DNA of 64,000 nucleotides from Ostrea edulis (GCF_947568905.1 NC_079166.1:9982001-10046000), one strand, 5' to 3'; shown: positions 39,093 to 53,253, numbered from the stretch's first letter. Translations and numbers: made by a program. The notes: a model not told the origin generated them from the letters alone.

Positions 39093-39813
39093 AATTTAAG
39101 TTTTCGTACTAAGACAGGGGTCATAATCTTACAAAACTAAGCAATTACTCATTGACGGCCCGAAAATCAACGATGTGCATAATCGTCATGAAAAAGGGTG
39201 ACTCTTCCGGGAATTTACAATCCGTGGCCCCTGAATCAGGAGTTCTAGTTTGAAGTTGGACTTAATAGGTTCACATAGGATACATTGGTTTCCTCTTTGA
39301 AAATCTTCTTGACTTCTGGACGCCAAGCAATGAAAATGAGTGCACAGTAATGTTGAAGAGAGAAACACCTACGAACACTCTGGAATTCATGATCCCTGAA
39401 TCCGATGATTTGTGTTATGGGTAGGGGTCAAAACCGTTAAGGTTACGTAATCTTTAAATATATCTCTTACTCGTGGATATCCAATATAGGATACCTTTAC
39501 CAAAAATATAAAATCCATGATCCCTGGGTGAGGTGTTCTGGTGCTCAGGCGGGGCTTTATCGTAGATATAGTGAAAACACATTATTCTTTGAAGATGTCC
39601 ATTTCTATTTCTGCATACCTTTAAGAATAGTATATGCATTAATTTTCAATTACAAATATGTGAATACTAAACCCAAGATTAAAAGGAAAAATCACATTAA
39701 TTAAATAACAATGATTTTAAATTTCCTCCATATCCATAAATTAAATATTAATAATAATACCATATTTGTATAGCACCCTTTTCATACACTATGTACGCTC
39801 AAAGGACTGTAAA

Positions 39814-39815
<2 letters not shown>

Positions 39816-39850
<35 letters not shown>

Positions 39851-39862
39851 AAAACACACACA
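39816..39862. repeat. (CA)n microsatellite
   Basis: CA run with one interruption. Confidence 0.85.
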
Positions 39863-40329
39863 CATTATTTTTGGATATATGAAATTGTTTCATTATTCAC
39901 TTCTTTCACCTTTCACTATTCCGTCATATGTTCTTCAAAATTTAATTTCTGAGGTAATGTAAATGTATCCATGGAAATAGGTTCGTTTTGTAATTTTCAC
40001 TGAAGGTGCTTTGCTTCTTTATAATCACTTCACGTTAAAAAATCCCTGGAATATCATATTAGCAACCAGAATACTGAATGATGTATCCTACAAATTTTTA
40101 TGCTAAGCATATAAAATTGCTAAGAGCTATGAAGATGCATTGCTCAAACAATAACAAAATCCAATCTTCTACACTTGACTGAATTCCCTTACAACACTCG
40201 CCCACTTGCATCATCATCCATCCACAAAAAATTAACACAAGGTAATCTAAACTTACCTCATCGAACCTTCATAAGTTTTCAACAAATCCAAAATTGATTT
40301 TAATATTGACTGAAAAGTAACGTTTAGTT

Positions 40330-40950
40330 ATATGAAGATAACGAACAGTGATCAATCTCATAACTCCTATAAGCAATACAAAATAGATAGTTGGGCAAAC
40401 ACGGACCCCTGGACATATCAGAGGTGGGATCAGGTGCCTAGGAGGAGTACGCATCCCCTGTCGACCGGTCACAACCGCCATGAGCCTTGTATGTTGATCA
40501 GGTATCCGGAGGTATCCGTAGTCAAAATCAGTGAGCCAAGAACGACCTAACAATCGGTATGAAACACGTCAGACAGCGTTTGACCCAATGATAAGTTGTA
40601 TTGGCGAACTAGATCGTTATAACGACCATAGAAGTTGCGACATGCTGACTTCAATCGAAACTGTTGAAACCCCTGTACCATGAACTTGTTTGTCAGTAGC
40701 TTACCTCGTTCTAAAAACTTATACGCAGAACAAGCTATTGCATATCGAATCAGTTGAGAGATATAAACACCATATGCAGGTAAGAATGGAACATCGCCAC
40801 ATAAATATGGGAAGTTGTCGATGAAGTAGCTGAAATCATCCCGTCTGTCATGTAGTTGAGTTGTCAGTTTGCCGTTAATATCTACTTTCAATAAATTATC
40901 TAAGTATGAAGCAGAACTGGACGACTCTGTGGTGTCTTTTTTATCCTATT
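40330..40950 (-). mobile_element. 5'-truncated Penelope-like retroelement: RT C-terminus plus 3' tail
   Basis: ORF 40547-40891 GKLTTQLHDRRDDF...NFPYL...PAYGVYISQLIRYA..C matches the RT thumb region of Penelope-like elements. The ORF ends without a C-terminal GIY-YIG domain (Naiad-like arrangement; inference). Confidence 0.75.
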
Positions 40951-41144
40951 AAATTTAATTGTTGTAGGCTGATCACTGATGATGAGCGAAATATCTAACA
41001 GGTCTGTTTGCTTGTTGATAATATTCAAACGAATCTTCGCAAGTTCATGAGAGTGAAAATGACTTACAAAAATAACAGTATAAACTCTTCAATTGTGTTT
41101 AATCGAATCGTTGAAATTAAGTTAATCATTCTGATAGTAACTGA

Positions 41145-42080
41145 CAAACATAACAATTTTACATATATTCGATTATATTGAATCGAATCCTCAAAGATAA
41201 TGATTAGCAAACATAACAATTTTACATATATTCGATTATATTGAATCGAATCCTCAAAGATAATGATTAGCAAACATAACAATTTTACATATATTCGATT
41301 ATATTGAATCGAATCCTCAAAGATAATGATTAGCAAACATAACAATTTTACATATATTCGATTATATTGAATCGAATCCTCAAAGATAATGATTAGCAAA
41401 CATAACAATTTTACATATATTCGATTATATTGAATCGAATCCTCAAAGATAATGATTAGCAAACATAACAATTTTACATGTTCGATTATATGAATCGAGT
41501 CCTCAAAGATAATGATTGGCAAACAAAACAATTTTACATGTTCGATTATATTAAATCGAATCGTCAGAATTTAACGACATTGATAATGATTGATGAATAC
41601 AAAAAGTTGGCATGTTCAGTTATACTGAATCAAATCGTCAGAAGTCAACACCAGTGATAATGATTGATGTATATGACAATTTTACATATTCGATTATATT
41701 AAATCGAATCGTCAGAAGTCAACACCAGTGATAATGATTGATGTATATGACAATTTTACATATTCGATTATATTGAATCGAATCGTCAGAAGTCAACACC
41801 AGTGATAATGATTGATGTATATGACAATTTTACATATTCGATTATATTGAATCGAATCGTCAGAAGTCAACACCAGTGATGATAATTGGTGAATATAACA
41901 ATTTTGCGTGTTCGATTATATTGAATCGAATCGTCAGAAGTCAACACCAGTGATGATAATTGGTGAATATAACAATTTTGCGTGTTCGATTACATTGAAT
42001 CGATTCGTCGAAAGTTAACAACAGTGAAATGATTGATAATTATAAAAAAAAAATACATGTTCGATTACATTGAGTCGAAT
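41145..42080. repeat. Compound minisatellite: about 6 x 63 bp then about 6 x 74 bp
   Basis: The 63-bp unit acatatattcgattatattgaatcgaatcctcaaagataatgattagcaaacataacaatttt changes to a 74-bp unit with cgtcagaagtcaacaccagt. Both share the hairpin attcgatt-atattg-aatcgaat. Confidence 0.9.
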
Positions 42081-42449
42081 CGTCAAAAAATAACAGTAGT
42101 GAACATAGCTGAAAAAATATAACTGCTTGGAATGTTCAATCATTGAATGTGATGATTAGCTGAATTGTTCAACTAAAACACACCAAATCGTCGCTATTTA
42201 CTCTGTATGTACGTTGTATATGAATAATCGTTACGAAAACAAATCACATGTACAGTGGTTATTAGTGAAAAAGAATAGTTCTGATGTGTCTACTTGCATT
42301 CAATCAAATCGTTGTATCGTATAGTCAATTTTGCATTTTATCCTTAAAATCATTGTATCAATGAATTAACAGTATTAATATCGATATTGCAATGTATTTA
42401 GTTGAAAAATAGTGGTGGTACGGTGCTTCCAAGGGATTTCAATTCATCT

Positions 42450-45400
42450 TTATACAATAGTATTATCTGTTAGATTTTCTTCTTCCTTCGTATCTTCGTG
42501 ATTGGATGTACATACTTCTTTTGACCAACCTGAAATACATAATTTACAAGGATGACAATAATATTTCTTGGTTGTTTATTTCATTTAGTATAGTAGACCA
42601 TGTGTATATAAACATGACTTACTGTGATTTTTGTACTTCTTGACAAGACGCAAGGCGATAGGACTTATGCATAAAATTCCAATAATGAAAGGTACCGCAA
42701 CAATAATCGGCAGGGGTACGTGCAGCTCGTCGTCACTGTCGTTTTCATGGTCCCTGCATTAACCATATAAAGATTGTTTCAAAAATTGGTTGTTGTTTTT
42801 TTTAAAAGCATGGGTAAATAACTCTTGGTAAAATTTATCGAAATCTAACGAGAAATGACAGAAATATTAGATTATTTTTCATCATATCTAAGTGATCTGC
42901 ATGCGAGATACCCCAACTAGAGATACATCAATATCAGAACTGGAACCATTATAGAGTATTAGATTGATATGGAATATGCTATGAGGTTAATTGATTCCGA
43001 CATGTAAAAGGATACTTAACAAAATACATTTGACCTTATACCATATTTTATCTTATTGGTACTGTGTACCGATATAAGAACATTTCGATATCAGTGACAT
43101 TGAAACATCCTACCCTTAATAAGAAAATAAGAAACATATGTAGGAAAAAGGTGTTCTCAAATCATTATTATAGGATGTCCTTTAATCCTATGGATTTTTA
43201 TATCTAAAGCGAATCTACTTTGGAGGGCTAAAATTGTATATAATTTGCAACGGTCATCGTTCTTTACTTTAGTGTTTATTAAGAGTATAACAATATAGGC
43301 ACACTATACCTTGTGTATATACCAGTAGTGTTTATTAAGAGTATAACTATATAGGCACACTATACCTTGTGTATATACCAGTAGTGTTTATTAAGAGTAT
43401 AACTATATAGGCACACTATACCTTGTGTATATACCAGTAGTGTTTATTAAGAGTATAACAATATAGGCACACTATACCTTGTGTATATACCAGTAGTGTT
43501 TATTAAGAGTATAACTATATAGGCACACTATACCTTGTGTATATACCAGTAGTGTTTATTAAGAGTATAACTATATAGGCACACTATACCTTGTGTATAT
43601 ACCAGTAGTGTTTATTAAGAGTATAACAATATAGGCACACTATACCTTGTGTATATACCAGTTGTGTTTATTAAGAGTATAACAATATAGGCACACTATA
43701 CCTTGTGTATATACCAGTAGTGTTTATTAAGAGTATAACTATATAGGCACACTATACCTTGTGTATATACCAGTAGTGTTTATTAAGAGTATAACTATAT
43801 AGGCACACTATACCTTGTGTATATACCAGTAGTGTTTATTAAGAGTATAACAATATAGGCACACTATACCTTGTGTATATACCAGTAGTGTTTATTAAGA
43901 GTATAACAATATAGGCACACTATACCTTGTGTATATACCAGTAGTGTTTATTAAGAGTATAACTATATAGGCACACTATACCTTGTGTATATACCAGTAG
44001 TGTTTATTAAGAGTATAACTATATAGGCACACTATACCTTGTGTATATACCAGTAGTGTTTATTAAGAGTATAACAATATAGGCACACTATACCTTGTGT
44101 ATATACCAGTAGTGTTTATTAAGAGTATAACAATATAGGCACACTATACCTTGTGTATATACCAGTAGTGTTTATTAAGAGTATAACTATATAGGCACAC
44201 TATACCTTGTGTATATACCAGTAGTGTTTATTAAGAGTATAACAATATAGGCACACTATACCTTGTGTATATACCAGTAGTGTTTATTAAGAGTATAACA
44301 ATATAGGCACACTATACCTTGTGTATATACCAGTAGTGTTTATTAAGAGTATAACAATATAGGCACACTATACCTTGTGTATATACCAGTAGTGTTTATT
44401 AAGAGTATAACTATATAGGCACACTATACCTTGTGTATATACCAGTAGTGTTTATTAAGAGTATAACAATATAGGCACACTATACCTTGTGTATATACCA
44501 GTAGTGTTTATTAAGAGTATAACAATATAGGCACACTATACCTTGTGTATATACCAGTAGTGTTTATTAAGAGTATAACAATATAGGCACACTATACCTT
44601 GTGTATATACCAGTAGTGTTTATTAAGAGTATAACAATATAGGCACACTATACCTTGTGTATATACCAGTAGTGTTTATTAAGAGTATAACTATATAGGC
44701 ACACTATACCTTGTGTATATACCAGTAGTGTTTATTAAGAGTATAACAATATAGGCACACTATACCTTGTGTATATACCAGTAGTGTTTATTAAGAGTAT
44801 AACTATATAGGCACACTATACCTTGTGTATATACCAGTAGTGTTTATTAAGAGTATAACTATATAGGCACACTATACCTTGTGTATATACCAGTAGTGTT
44901 TATTAAGAGTATAACAATATAGGCACACTATACCTTGTGTATATACCAGTAGTGTTTATTAAGAGTATAACTATATAGGCACACTATACCTTGTGTATAT
45001 ACCAGTAGTGTTTATTAAGAGTATAACTATATAGGCACACTATACCTTGTGTATATACCAGTAGTGTTTATTAAGAGTATAACTATATAGGCACACTATA
45101 CCTTGTGTATATACCAGTAGTGTTTATTAAGAGTATAACTATATAGGCACACTATACCTTGTGTATATACCAGTAGTGTTTATTAAGAGTATAACTATAT
45201 AGGCACACTATACCTTGTGTATATACCAGTAGTGTTTATTAAGAGTATAACTATATAGGCACACTATACCTTGTGTATATACCAGTAGTGTTTATTAAGA
45301 GTATAACTATATAGGCACACTATACCTTGTGTATATACCAGTAGTGTTTATTAAGAGTATAACTATATAGGCACACTATACCTTGTGTATATACCAGTAG

Positions 45401-48400
45401 TGTTTATTAAGAGTATAACTATATAGGCACACTATACCTTGTGTATATACCAGTAGTGTTTATTAAGAGTATAACTATATAGGCACACTATACCTTGTGT
45501 ATATACCAGTAGTGTTTATTAAGAGTATAACAATATAGGCACACTATACCTTGTGTATATACCAGTAGTGTTTATTAAGAGTATAACTATATAGGCACAC
45601 TATACCTTGTGTATATACCAGTAGTGTTTATTAAGAGTATAACTATATAGGCACACTATACCTTGTGTATATACCAGTAGTGTTTATTAAGAGTATAACA
45701 ATATAGGCACACTATACCTTGTGTATATACCAGTAGTGTTTATTAAGAGTATAACTATATAGGCACACTATACCTTGTGTATATACCAGTAGTGTTTATT
45801 AAGAGTATAACTATATAGGCACACTATACCTTGTGTATATACCAGTAGTGTTTATTAAGAGTATAACTATATAGGCACACTATACCTTGTGTATATACCA
45901 GTAGTGTTTATTAAGAGTATAACAATATAGGCACACTATACCTTGTGTATATACCAGTAGTGTTTATTAAGAGTATAACTATATAGGCACACTATACCTT
46001 GTGTATATACCAGTAGTGTTTATTAAGAGTATAACTATATAGGCACACTATACCTTGTGTATATACCAGTAGTGTTTATTAAGAGTATAACTATATAGGC
46101 ACACTATACCTTGTGTATATACCAGTAGTGTTTATTAAGAGTATAACTATATAGGCACACTATACCTTGTGTATATACCAGTAGTGTTTATTAAGAGTAT
46201 AACTATATAGGCACACTATACCTTGTGTATATACCAGTAGTGTTTATTAAGAGTATAACTATATAGGCACACTATACCTTGTGTATATACCAGTTGTGTT
46301 TATTAAGAGTATAACTATATAGGCACACTATACCTTGTGTATATACCAGTAGTGTTTATTAAGAGTATAACTATATAGGCACACTATACCTTGTGTATAT
46401 ACCAGTAGTGTTTATTAAGAGTATAACTATATAGGCACACTATACCTTGTGTATATACCAGTAGTGTTTATTAAGAGTATAACTATATAGGCACACTATA
46501 CCTTGTGTATATACCAGTAGTGTTTATTAAGAGTATAACTATATAGGCACACTATACCTTGTGTATATACCAGTAGTGTTTATTAAGAGTATAACTATAT
46601 AGGCACACTATACCTTGTGTATATACCAGTAGTGTTTATTAAGAGTATAACAATATAGGCACACTATACCTTGTGTATATACCAGTAGTGTTTATTAAGA
46701 GTATAACAATATAGGCACACTATACCTTGTGTATATACCAGTAGTGTTTATTAAGAGTATAACTATATAGGCACACTATACCTTGTGTATATACCAGTAG
46801 TGTTTATTAAGAGTATAACTATATAGGCACACTATACATTGTGTATATACCAGTAGTGTTTATTAAGAGTATAACTATATAGGCACACTATACCTTGTGT
46901 ATATACCAGTAGTGTTTATTAAGAGTATAACTATATAGGCACACTATACCTTGTGTATATACCAGTAGTGTTTATTAAGAGTATAACTATATAGGCACGC
47001 TATACCTTGTGTATATACCAGTAGTGTTTATTAAGAGTATAACTATATAGGCACACTATACCTTGTGTATATACCAGTAGTGTTTATTAAGAGTATAACA
47101 ATATAGGCACACTATACCTTGTGTATATACCAGTAGTGTTTATTAAGAGTATAACTATATAGGCACACTATACCTTGTGTATATACCAGTAGTGTTTATT
47201 AAGAGTATAACTATATAGGCACGCTATACCTTGTGTATATACCAGTAGTGTTTATTAAGAGTATAACTATATAGGCACACTATACCTTGTGTATATACCA
47301 GTAGTGTTTATTAAGAGTATAACTATATAGGCACACTATACCTTGTGTATATACCAGTAGTGTTTATTAAGAGTATAACTATATAGGCACACTATACATT
47401 GTGTATATACCAGTAGTGTTTATTAAGAGTATAACTATATAGGCACACTATACCTTGTGTATATACCAGTAGTGTTTATTAAGAGTATAACTATATAGGC
47501 ACGCTATACCTTGTGTATATACCAGTAGTGTTTATTAAGAGTATAACTATATAGGCACGCTATACCTTGTGTATATACCAGTAGTGTTTATTAAGAGTAT
47601 AACTATATAGGCACACTATACCTTGTGTATATACCAGTAGTGTTTATTAAGAGTATAACTATATAGGCACGCTATACCTTGTGTATATACCAGTTGAAGT
47701 CATCCGGAGTACAGGGAAACAACTTTGATCTAAAACGGATTGTGGTTAGCGTGTTAGTGATGATAAAACATTTAGGTTGTCCTCCCCGATACAAGTTTAT
47801 CAAAATAAACCTGAATCAGACGAAGGAATTAAGATTAGTAAAAAGGAATTTCTTTTCATATCTATTTTTTTCAGACCATGACGCTAGCTTACTGTCTAAC
47901 GTATAGTATTCATAAATATTTCTTAATGTCATCAACATAATTTATAAATATATTTAGGTCATACACACACTTAAACTGCAGCTAAATTTATTAAACAATG
48001 AATAAGCTAACAAAACAATGAACAAAATTGTGTTTAATGAATATAATCACGATTAGTTCGTATGATCTTCATTATATTTCCTCTGCATCGTTTTCATTAT
48101 TATGTACTATTTTTATTATTACCATTATATCTGCATGCTGTTTTCTTTTCTAGTTCTCTTTAACTGTTTTTATCATGCATCTTTTAGGTGGATTCCATTT
48201 AAATTGTTAATGGGATTTATACATTGCTTCGTAATCATTTAAAAATGAATCAGAAATCAAATATCAAGTTGGTTATAAATGCGAGCTCAGAATTCATCAT
48301 TATGATACAACTTTTGTAGAAATGCTATGATAACAATCTGAATGATTATTATTTGAAGCAATGTACTATCAGAAGCGTAATCGTAATTTTTTGTTATACA

Positions 48401-49853
48401 TGTACGTTATATAAAAGGAATTAAATTATCCATGCAATATTTCTATGTTTTCAGAGAGAACAAGCACAGAATGTGGTAGACCAAAATGTATTTTGCAAAA
48501 GAAATGAAAGAAATGCGTTTGTAGAATTCTCAATGTACATACATGTTTATTGTATATTTTCTCATCGGCATGCATTTCATGAATGCAATGCGATTTGCTT
48601 TAAAAAAAAAATATACGACTTACATTTTTGGAATTCCGTCGATAAGTACGCATGTGGACATGGTATTTCATTAATAGCACAGTTAGCTTGTATATTATGT
48701 CTGTTTGCTTGAACTCTTCTACCAAGAGTGTTATATTCTGGACACACTTGCCCTGCAAGATTCATAGATGTGTATTAAATATATTTACTGGCTTACATTC
48801 CTGAAAAATATGTAAAGTACAAACACCTTATTGAAGTATGATATGTGTTTAATGTAAAGCAAAGGTCGCAAATTCTATGTTATTTACAATGATATAATTG
48901 TCAAATCAAATCGGTCGTTAGAATGAATGCTGTCTCACTTATGTCATACCATTTGTTAGAGCGTTCTTTAGATACTGATTTTGACTACTGATGACTCCGT
49001 TTACCTGAAGAGAATATAAAGCCCATGGGTAGGGCTCATGGCGGATATGACCGGTCAACAGGGGCACATATAGACACCTGATCCCACTTCTGATGTGTCA
49101 AGGGGACCGTATTTATTTTACTTTCAATGTTTTATTCTACATGAGATTGTTTAAAATTCGTTACCTTTACTTGTGTTTTCATTTTCTCCAAACGAAAGAT
49201 AAAGTACAGTGATTAATCTTATAACTCCTATAAACAATGCAAAATGGAGAGTTGGGCAAACACGGACCTCTGGACACACCAGAGATGGGATCAGGTGCCT
49301 AGGAGGAGTAAGCATCTCCTGTGGACCGGTCAAACTCGCCTTGAGCACTATATCTTGATCAGGTAAACGGAGTTATTCGCAGTCAAATCAGTGTGCCAAA
49401 AACGGCATAACAATCGGTATGACTCACGTCAGGTAGCATTTGATCAAATGATAAATTGTATTGGTAAACGGTATAACGACCATAGAATTTGCGACATGCT
49501 GACTTTAAACGATATTGTTGAAACCCCTGTATCATCAACTTGTTTGTCAATAGCCTTCCTCGATTTAAAAACTGACCATACGCAGAACAAGCAGAACAAA
49601 TATGCTGTTGATATGAAGGATTATAAAGACAAAGTATGTGTAAATTACCAATGATTACGCCCTCCTCGGCACAAACTTCAATATATCTTTCCATCTGTGT
49701 ATCTGGGAGACAATGATATTTCAGAGAATGACATTCACTGTCACATTTAAATTTCGCTGTGGCAATCTCCATGGCATCCTTTGATTGTGGGCAGCTTTCC
49801 ACATAACTAACGTTGGTTGAAGAACAGTTGGTATGTCCTTCTTTAAAGAGGCA
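42450..49853 (-). CDS. Cysteine-rich single-pass membrane protein (paralog of 5745-8436), 5'-partial, exons 49853-49649, 48752-48624, 47729-47678 (or 47691), 42753-42623, 42529-42450
   Basis: In-phase chain ...HTNC...ESCPQSK...C.SEC...YHCLPD...EVCAEEGVIIG | QVCPEYN...C..PCPHAYLSTEFQK | YQSCFPV | DHENDSDDELHVPLPIIVAVPFIIGILCISPIALRLVKKYKNH (TM) | SWSKE...TIV*. The junction across the satellite has two possible solutions. Confidence 0.7.
43271..47694. repeat. 56-bp tandem satellite, about 79 near-identical copies, intronic
   Basis: Unit gtagtgtttattaagagtataac(t/a)atataggcacactataccttgtgtatatacca; no unique spacers. Confidence 0.97.
49195..49600 (-). mobile_element. Penelope-like RT C-terminal/3' fragment in an intron
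   Basis: CSAYGQFLNRGRLLTNKLMIQGFQQYRLKSACRKFYGRY plus the same 3' tail as at 40330. A further plus-strand tail fragment lies at about 48965-49150. Confidence 0.75.
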
Positions 49854-52175
49854 CTGTAATGAACAATTGGTTAGAAAGCAGAAAATATGGAGATTAGAAC
49901 AATCTGTCCTTCTATAATGTACATTAAATGTACGTTGTACTAGCATCGACATAAGCCAACTTCCAAAATATTGTGTTCATATCTAGAGCAAAATGCGCTC
50001 GAATTTCATAGGACTGTAAACAAACACCAACAGTTCAAAAACATTTAACAATTTCACATAGGTTATTGATAAATCAATATTGGATACCTGCCCAGCCGTA
50101 AAAAAGCACTGAACACTTTTGCTGTAAAGACTGTTTTACCGAAACCACCAACTTTGACGCCGTGCTTGTAGTTGAATCATGTAACATGTACACATATAAT
50201 GGGCTTGTACCTTGTATTGAAAATGAAGAGCTCTTAAAATTTGCTTTCTTGCTATATTTCACACGTATAAGATGTTTTTCACCAGTATATCTCAATGAAA
50301 GGTAAAGATAACGAACAGTGATCAATCTCGTAACTCCAATAATTTCGTATTACTAAGAGCATTGACGCCCCAAAGACGAACATGGGTGTTGACAGTATGC
50401 AAGTTCCAAATATGTCATTAAAAAGAATATTTCTGGCTTTTTTATACCTAAGACATGTAACACAAAAAAAGTAATGATATCCATCTATAATTTTCCCATA
50501 ACAGTAAGGACTATTAATGATATTACAACGGAATCAATCTTTGTTTAATATACAATTGTGCCAATGACTTGTATGAAGAATATTTAAACGACAATTACCA
50601 AGTGCGAAGTTAAGAAGGGATGAAGTTTCTTCTTTTTAAAAATATATTCATTAAGTGCTCGGTTCAGGGTCATGACTACGTGTTTACTGAATGACACAAT
50701 AGGTTAAACACATTATCCTTGAATATATTTTTGAAAGTCAGAAATTAAAGAAATGTATTTTTACCCCCAACAGTTTAATGACAGAAAAGAAATACTTCAT
50801 ACCTTGTGAGCTTCAGACTGTTTTTTTTTAAATTATTTTTATACGGTATATGATGTTGATCACGGTTCTTATCTTTATGTGTTCATAACATTGAAGTACA
50901 ATGATTACATAACCCACATGGAGTGAAAAAATTGCCTTGAGAAATAAAGATTAAAGATTTTAATGTCAGGTTTCTCTGTACCAGAAATTGATCAAGTCTA
51001 AAATGCAAATGCTGTCAAAGTACACAATTCTTATAATCCATTAAGGATTGTCTGTTGTATTCTTTTCTTACGAAGCTATCGCACAAGTCTAAAGCTCAAT
51101 GTTTTATTCTCCTAAACTATAATATCATTAGGATGAAAAATACAACCCAACTTGAAAAGTGTATTTGTCGAGTTTCATGTTTTCTATGCTCTACTTCGTG
51201 TCACTGAGACGTGAAATACTACAGAAGTGTCATCTCTAGCATGCAGAATGACGTTTGATGTCACGTTAGCCAAACATGAGTAATATTTTAATCCTTCATC
51301 ATGGACTGTATAAGTTGTATTCGCCTCAGTTTTAAAACATGTGGTTCATGGAGCTACATTACTTGGACCCATATACTATATTTGCGGTGAAAGGATTAAA
51401 ATGAATGGATTCACATTTTGCCTTCAGTTAAAGGAAAGATTTGCAATTAAGACGCATAACAGATGATAGACAATATGGGGTAGATAAAGGTCACCAATAT
51501 GACTCTGGTGACCCCATATGTCTAAATTGTCAAGAAGTTAAATACTTATAACAGTGGGGGTAAACCACGGTACTTTTTCTATACTAAACATTCTGATGCT
51601 ACTCACAACGATAAACTACATATCTATTTATTGATTTACTGCATAAAATATTCTATACCCAATCCAGAAACATAAATATGAAAGAAAAACTCACTATGGA
51701 TAGAAGTAATTGAAATAACATTTTCAGTTTTCTCGGATGCTTCATATTTTACTTCCTACAATGAAACGACATAGTATTACAGAGATATATATTATGTGCA
51801 TGCACTTATATTTATGCTGTTAAGAAATAACAAACAATTATCAACATTTTATGTGAATAATATGATTTAACTACCTGGGAAGCACAATATTAACGATTCC
51901 CCAAAGGAGGGATATGCAGTGTTGGATATAATGGTTCAGTAAAAGCACGGGTACCCTTTACAGAATCTATGAGAAAAATAAGATACGTTAAGAATTTTAA
52001 AAATAATTTTTTAAAAGTACTTGTAACTAGTTATACAGTTCACTATTGAAATATCACAAAGTCTCATTAACGAGACACCTACTTGTATTTTTACTCGTAA
52101 ATGAAATGCAGCATCTGCAGCTAAAGGCACAATCATACGTTTCATAGTTTTGATTAAATGTACTTGCTAAATGGA

Positions 52176-52515
52176 TGTCGAGGCCTCTGCTGGTGGACTG
52201 TTAGTCCCCGAGGGTCTCTACAGCCCAGTAGCTAAGTATTTCGTTACTAGCTTGAAAATACGGATGTATATTTAATTGCTGTGATAAAATTTAGAAATTC
52301 ATTTCAAAATTAAGGATTATCTCCCTCACGCATATCTCTTATCCTTAGAAGAATTTGACTCCAACGTTTTGGCACACTGTTTTCCCTATAATAGCTCTAG
52401 CAATTTTATTGTTATTTCGGATTTCAAACATTTCGGTTGAGCATTACTAAAGAGACATTATTTGTCGAAATGCTCATCAGGTGCATCAAAATTGGTACCG
52501 AATAAGTTTTACATG
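52176..52515 (+). mobile_element. Near full-length copy of the hammerhead-carrying repeat
   Basis: Head gtcgaggcctctgctggtggactgttagtccccgaggg through tail aaattggtaccgaataagttttaca; ribozyme core mutated to CTAAAGA at about 52447. Confidence 0.75.
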
Positions 52516-53253
52516 TCTACGAAACATAATTTGGGGTTATATTGTTCATACACCACTACTTATTTCTTCGGACTTCGATCTTCAAAAGTGATGTCTTTTT
52601 AATATAAACAACAAAATATGTTGAATTTAACTCAAATAAAACTGCAAAGTATATGTTCATAATTACATGATCGAGCGTATGTGTCCATGTATTTCTTAAT
52701 GAACCAGGTAACAAATGCACTTTTGCTATATAATTGGTGTGTCCGTGATATGTGTATGATAATACTGATGAATATTGGCAGAGTTGGGTTGAAACATTCG
52801 TGAATCTGGAAGCGAATTGTCACAAACCGCACACACATAACTCCTCAAACTGAAGCATTGTTAAAAGGGTACCCTTGCACCTGTGTGATCAGAGGATACC
52901 ATATCGCAACATATATTTCGCATAGAATAATTGATTTGAAAATATCAGTTAATTTAGATCAATTTTAGAATATGGGTATAAAAAGCAAATACGAGAAAAT
53001 ATTACAACATGACAAATACTTTCTCAAAGCAAGACCTTTCCTAAAGCAAACGTTTTGACCCCTGTATCCATGGTATAAACAATTCGTTTCAACATATAAG
53101 AAAAATCACAAGGAAGTTTGAAAAGAAAGTAATATAAATATATTGTATACATGTCAAAAGGCGGAGTCATAATTTCTAGCACTTCACCTAAAGCTGATGA
53201 CGTCTCTACATCAGTTTCAGATGAAAACATTAATATTGTATACAAAACTATGT

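Noticed and set aside
41064-41531. 155-aa repetitive hydrophobic ORF
   Set aside because: It is the translation of the 63-bp (21-codon) minisatellite; no independent sign of coding.
43271-47694. CRISPR-like regular array
   Set aside because: The units are contiguous and nearly identical, with no unique spacers and no cas genes; the context is eukaryotic and intronic.
49383-49952. 189-aa ORF as a single protein or gene-RT fusion
   Set aside because: Chimeric read-through: intron, then a true exon (49853-49649), then intron, then a Penelope-like fragment. A good GT donor lies at 49648.
49931-49980. Signal-peptide exon of the second cysteine-rich gene
   Set aside because: An MNTIF..WLMSMLVQ-like reading needs a 1-nt frameshift and an alternative acceptor; not supportable without transcript data.
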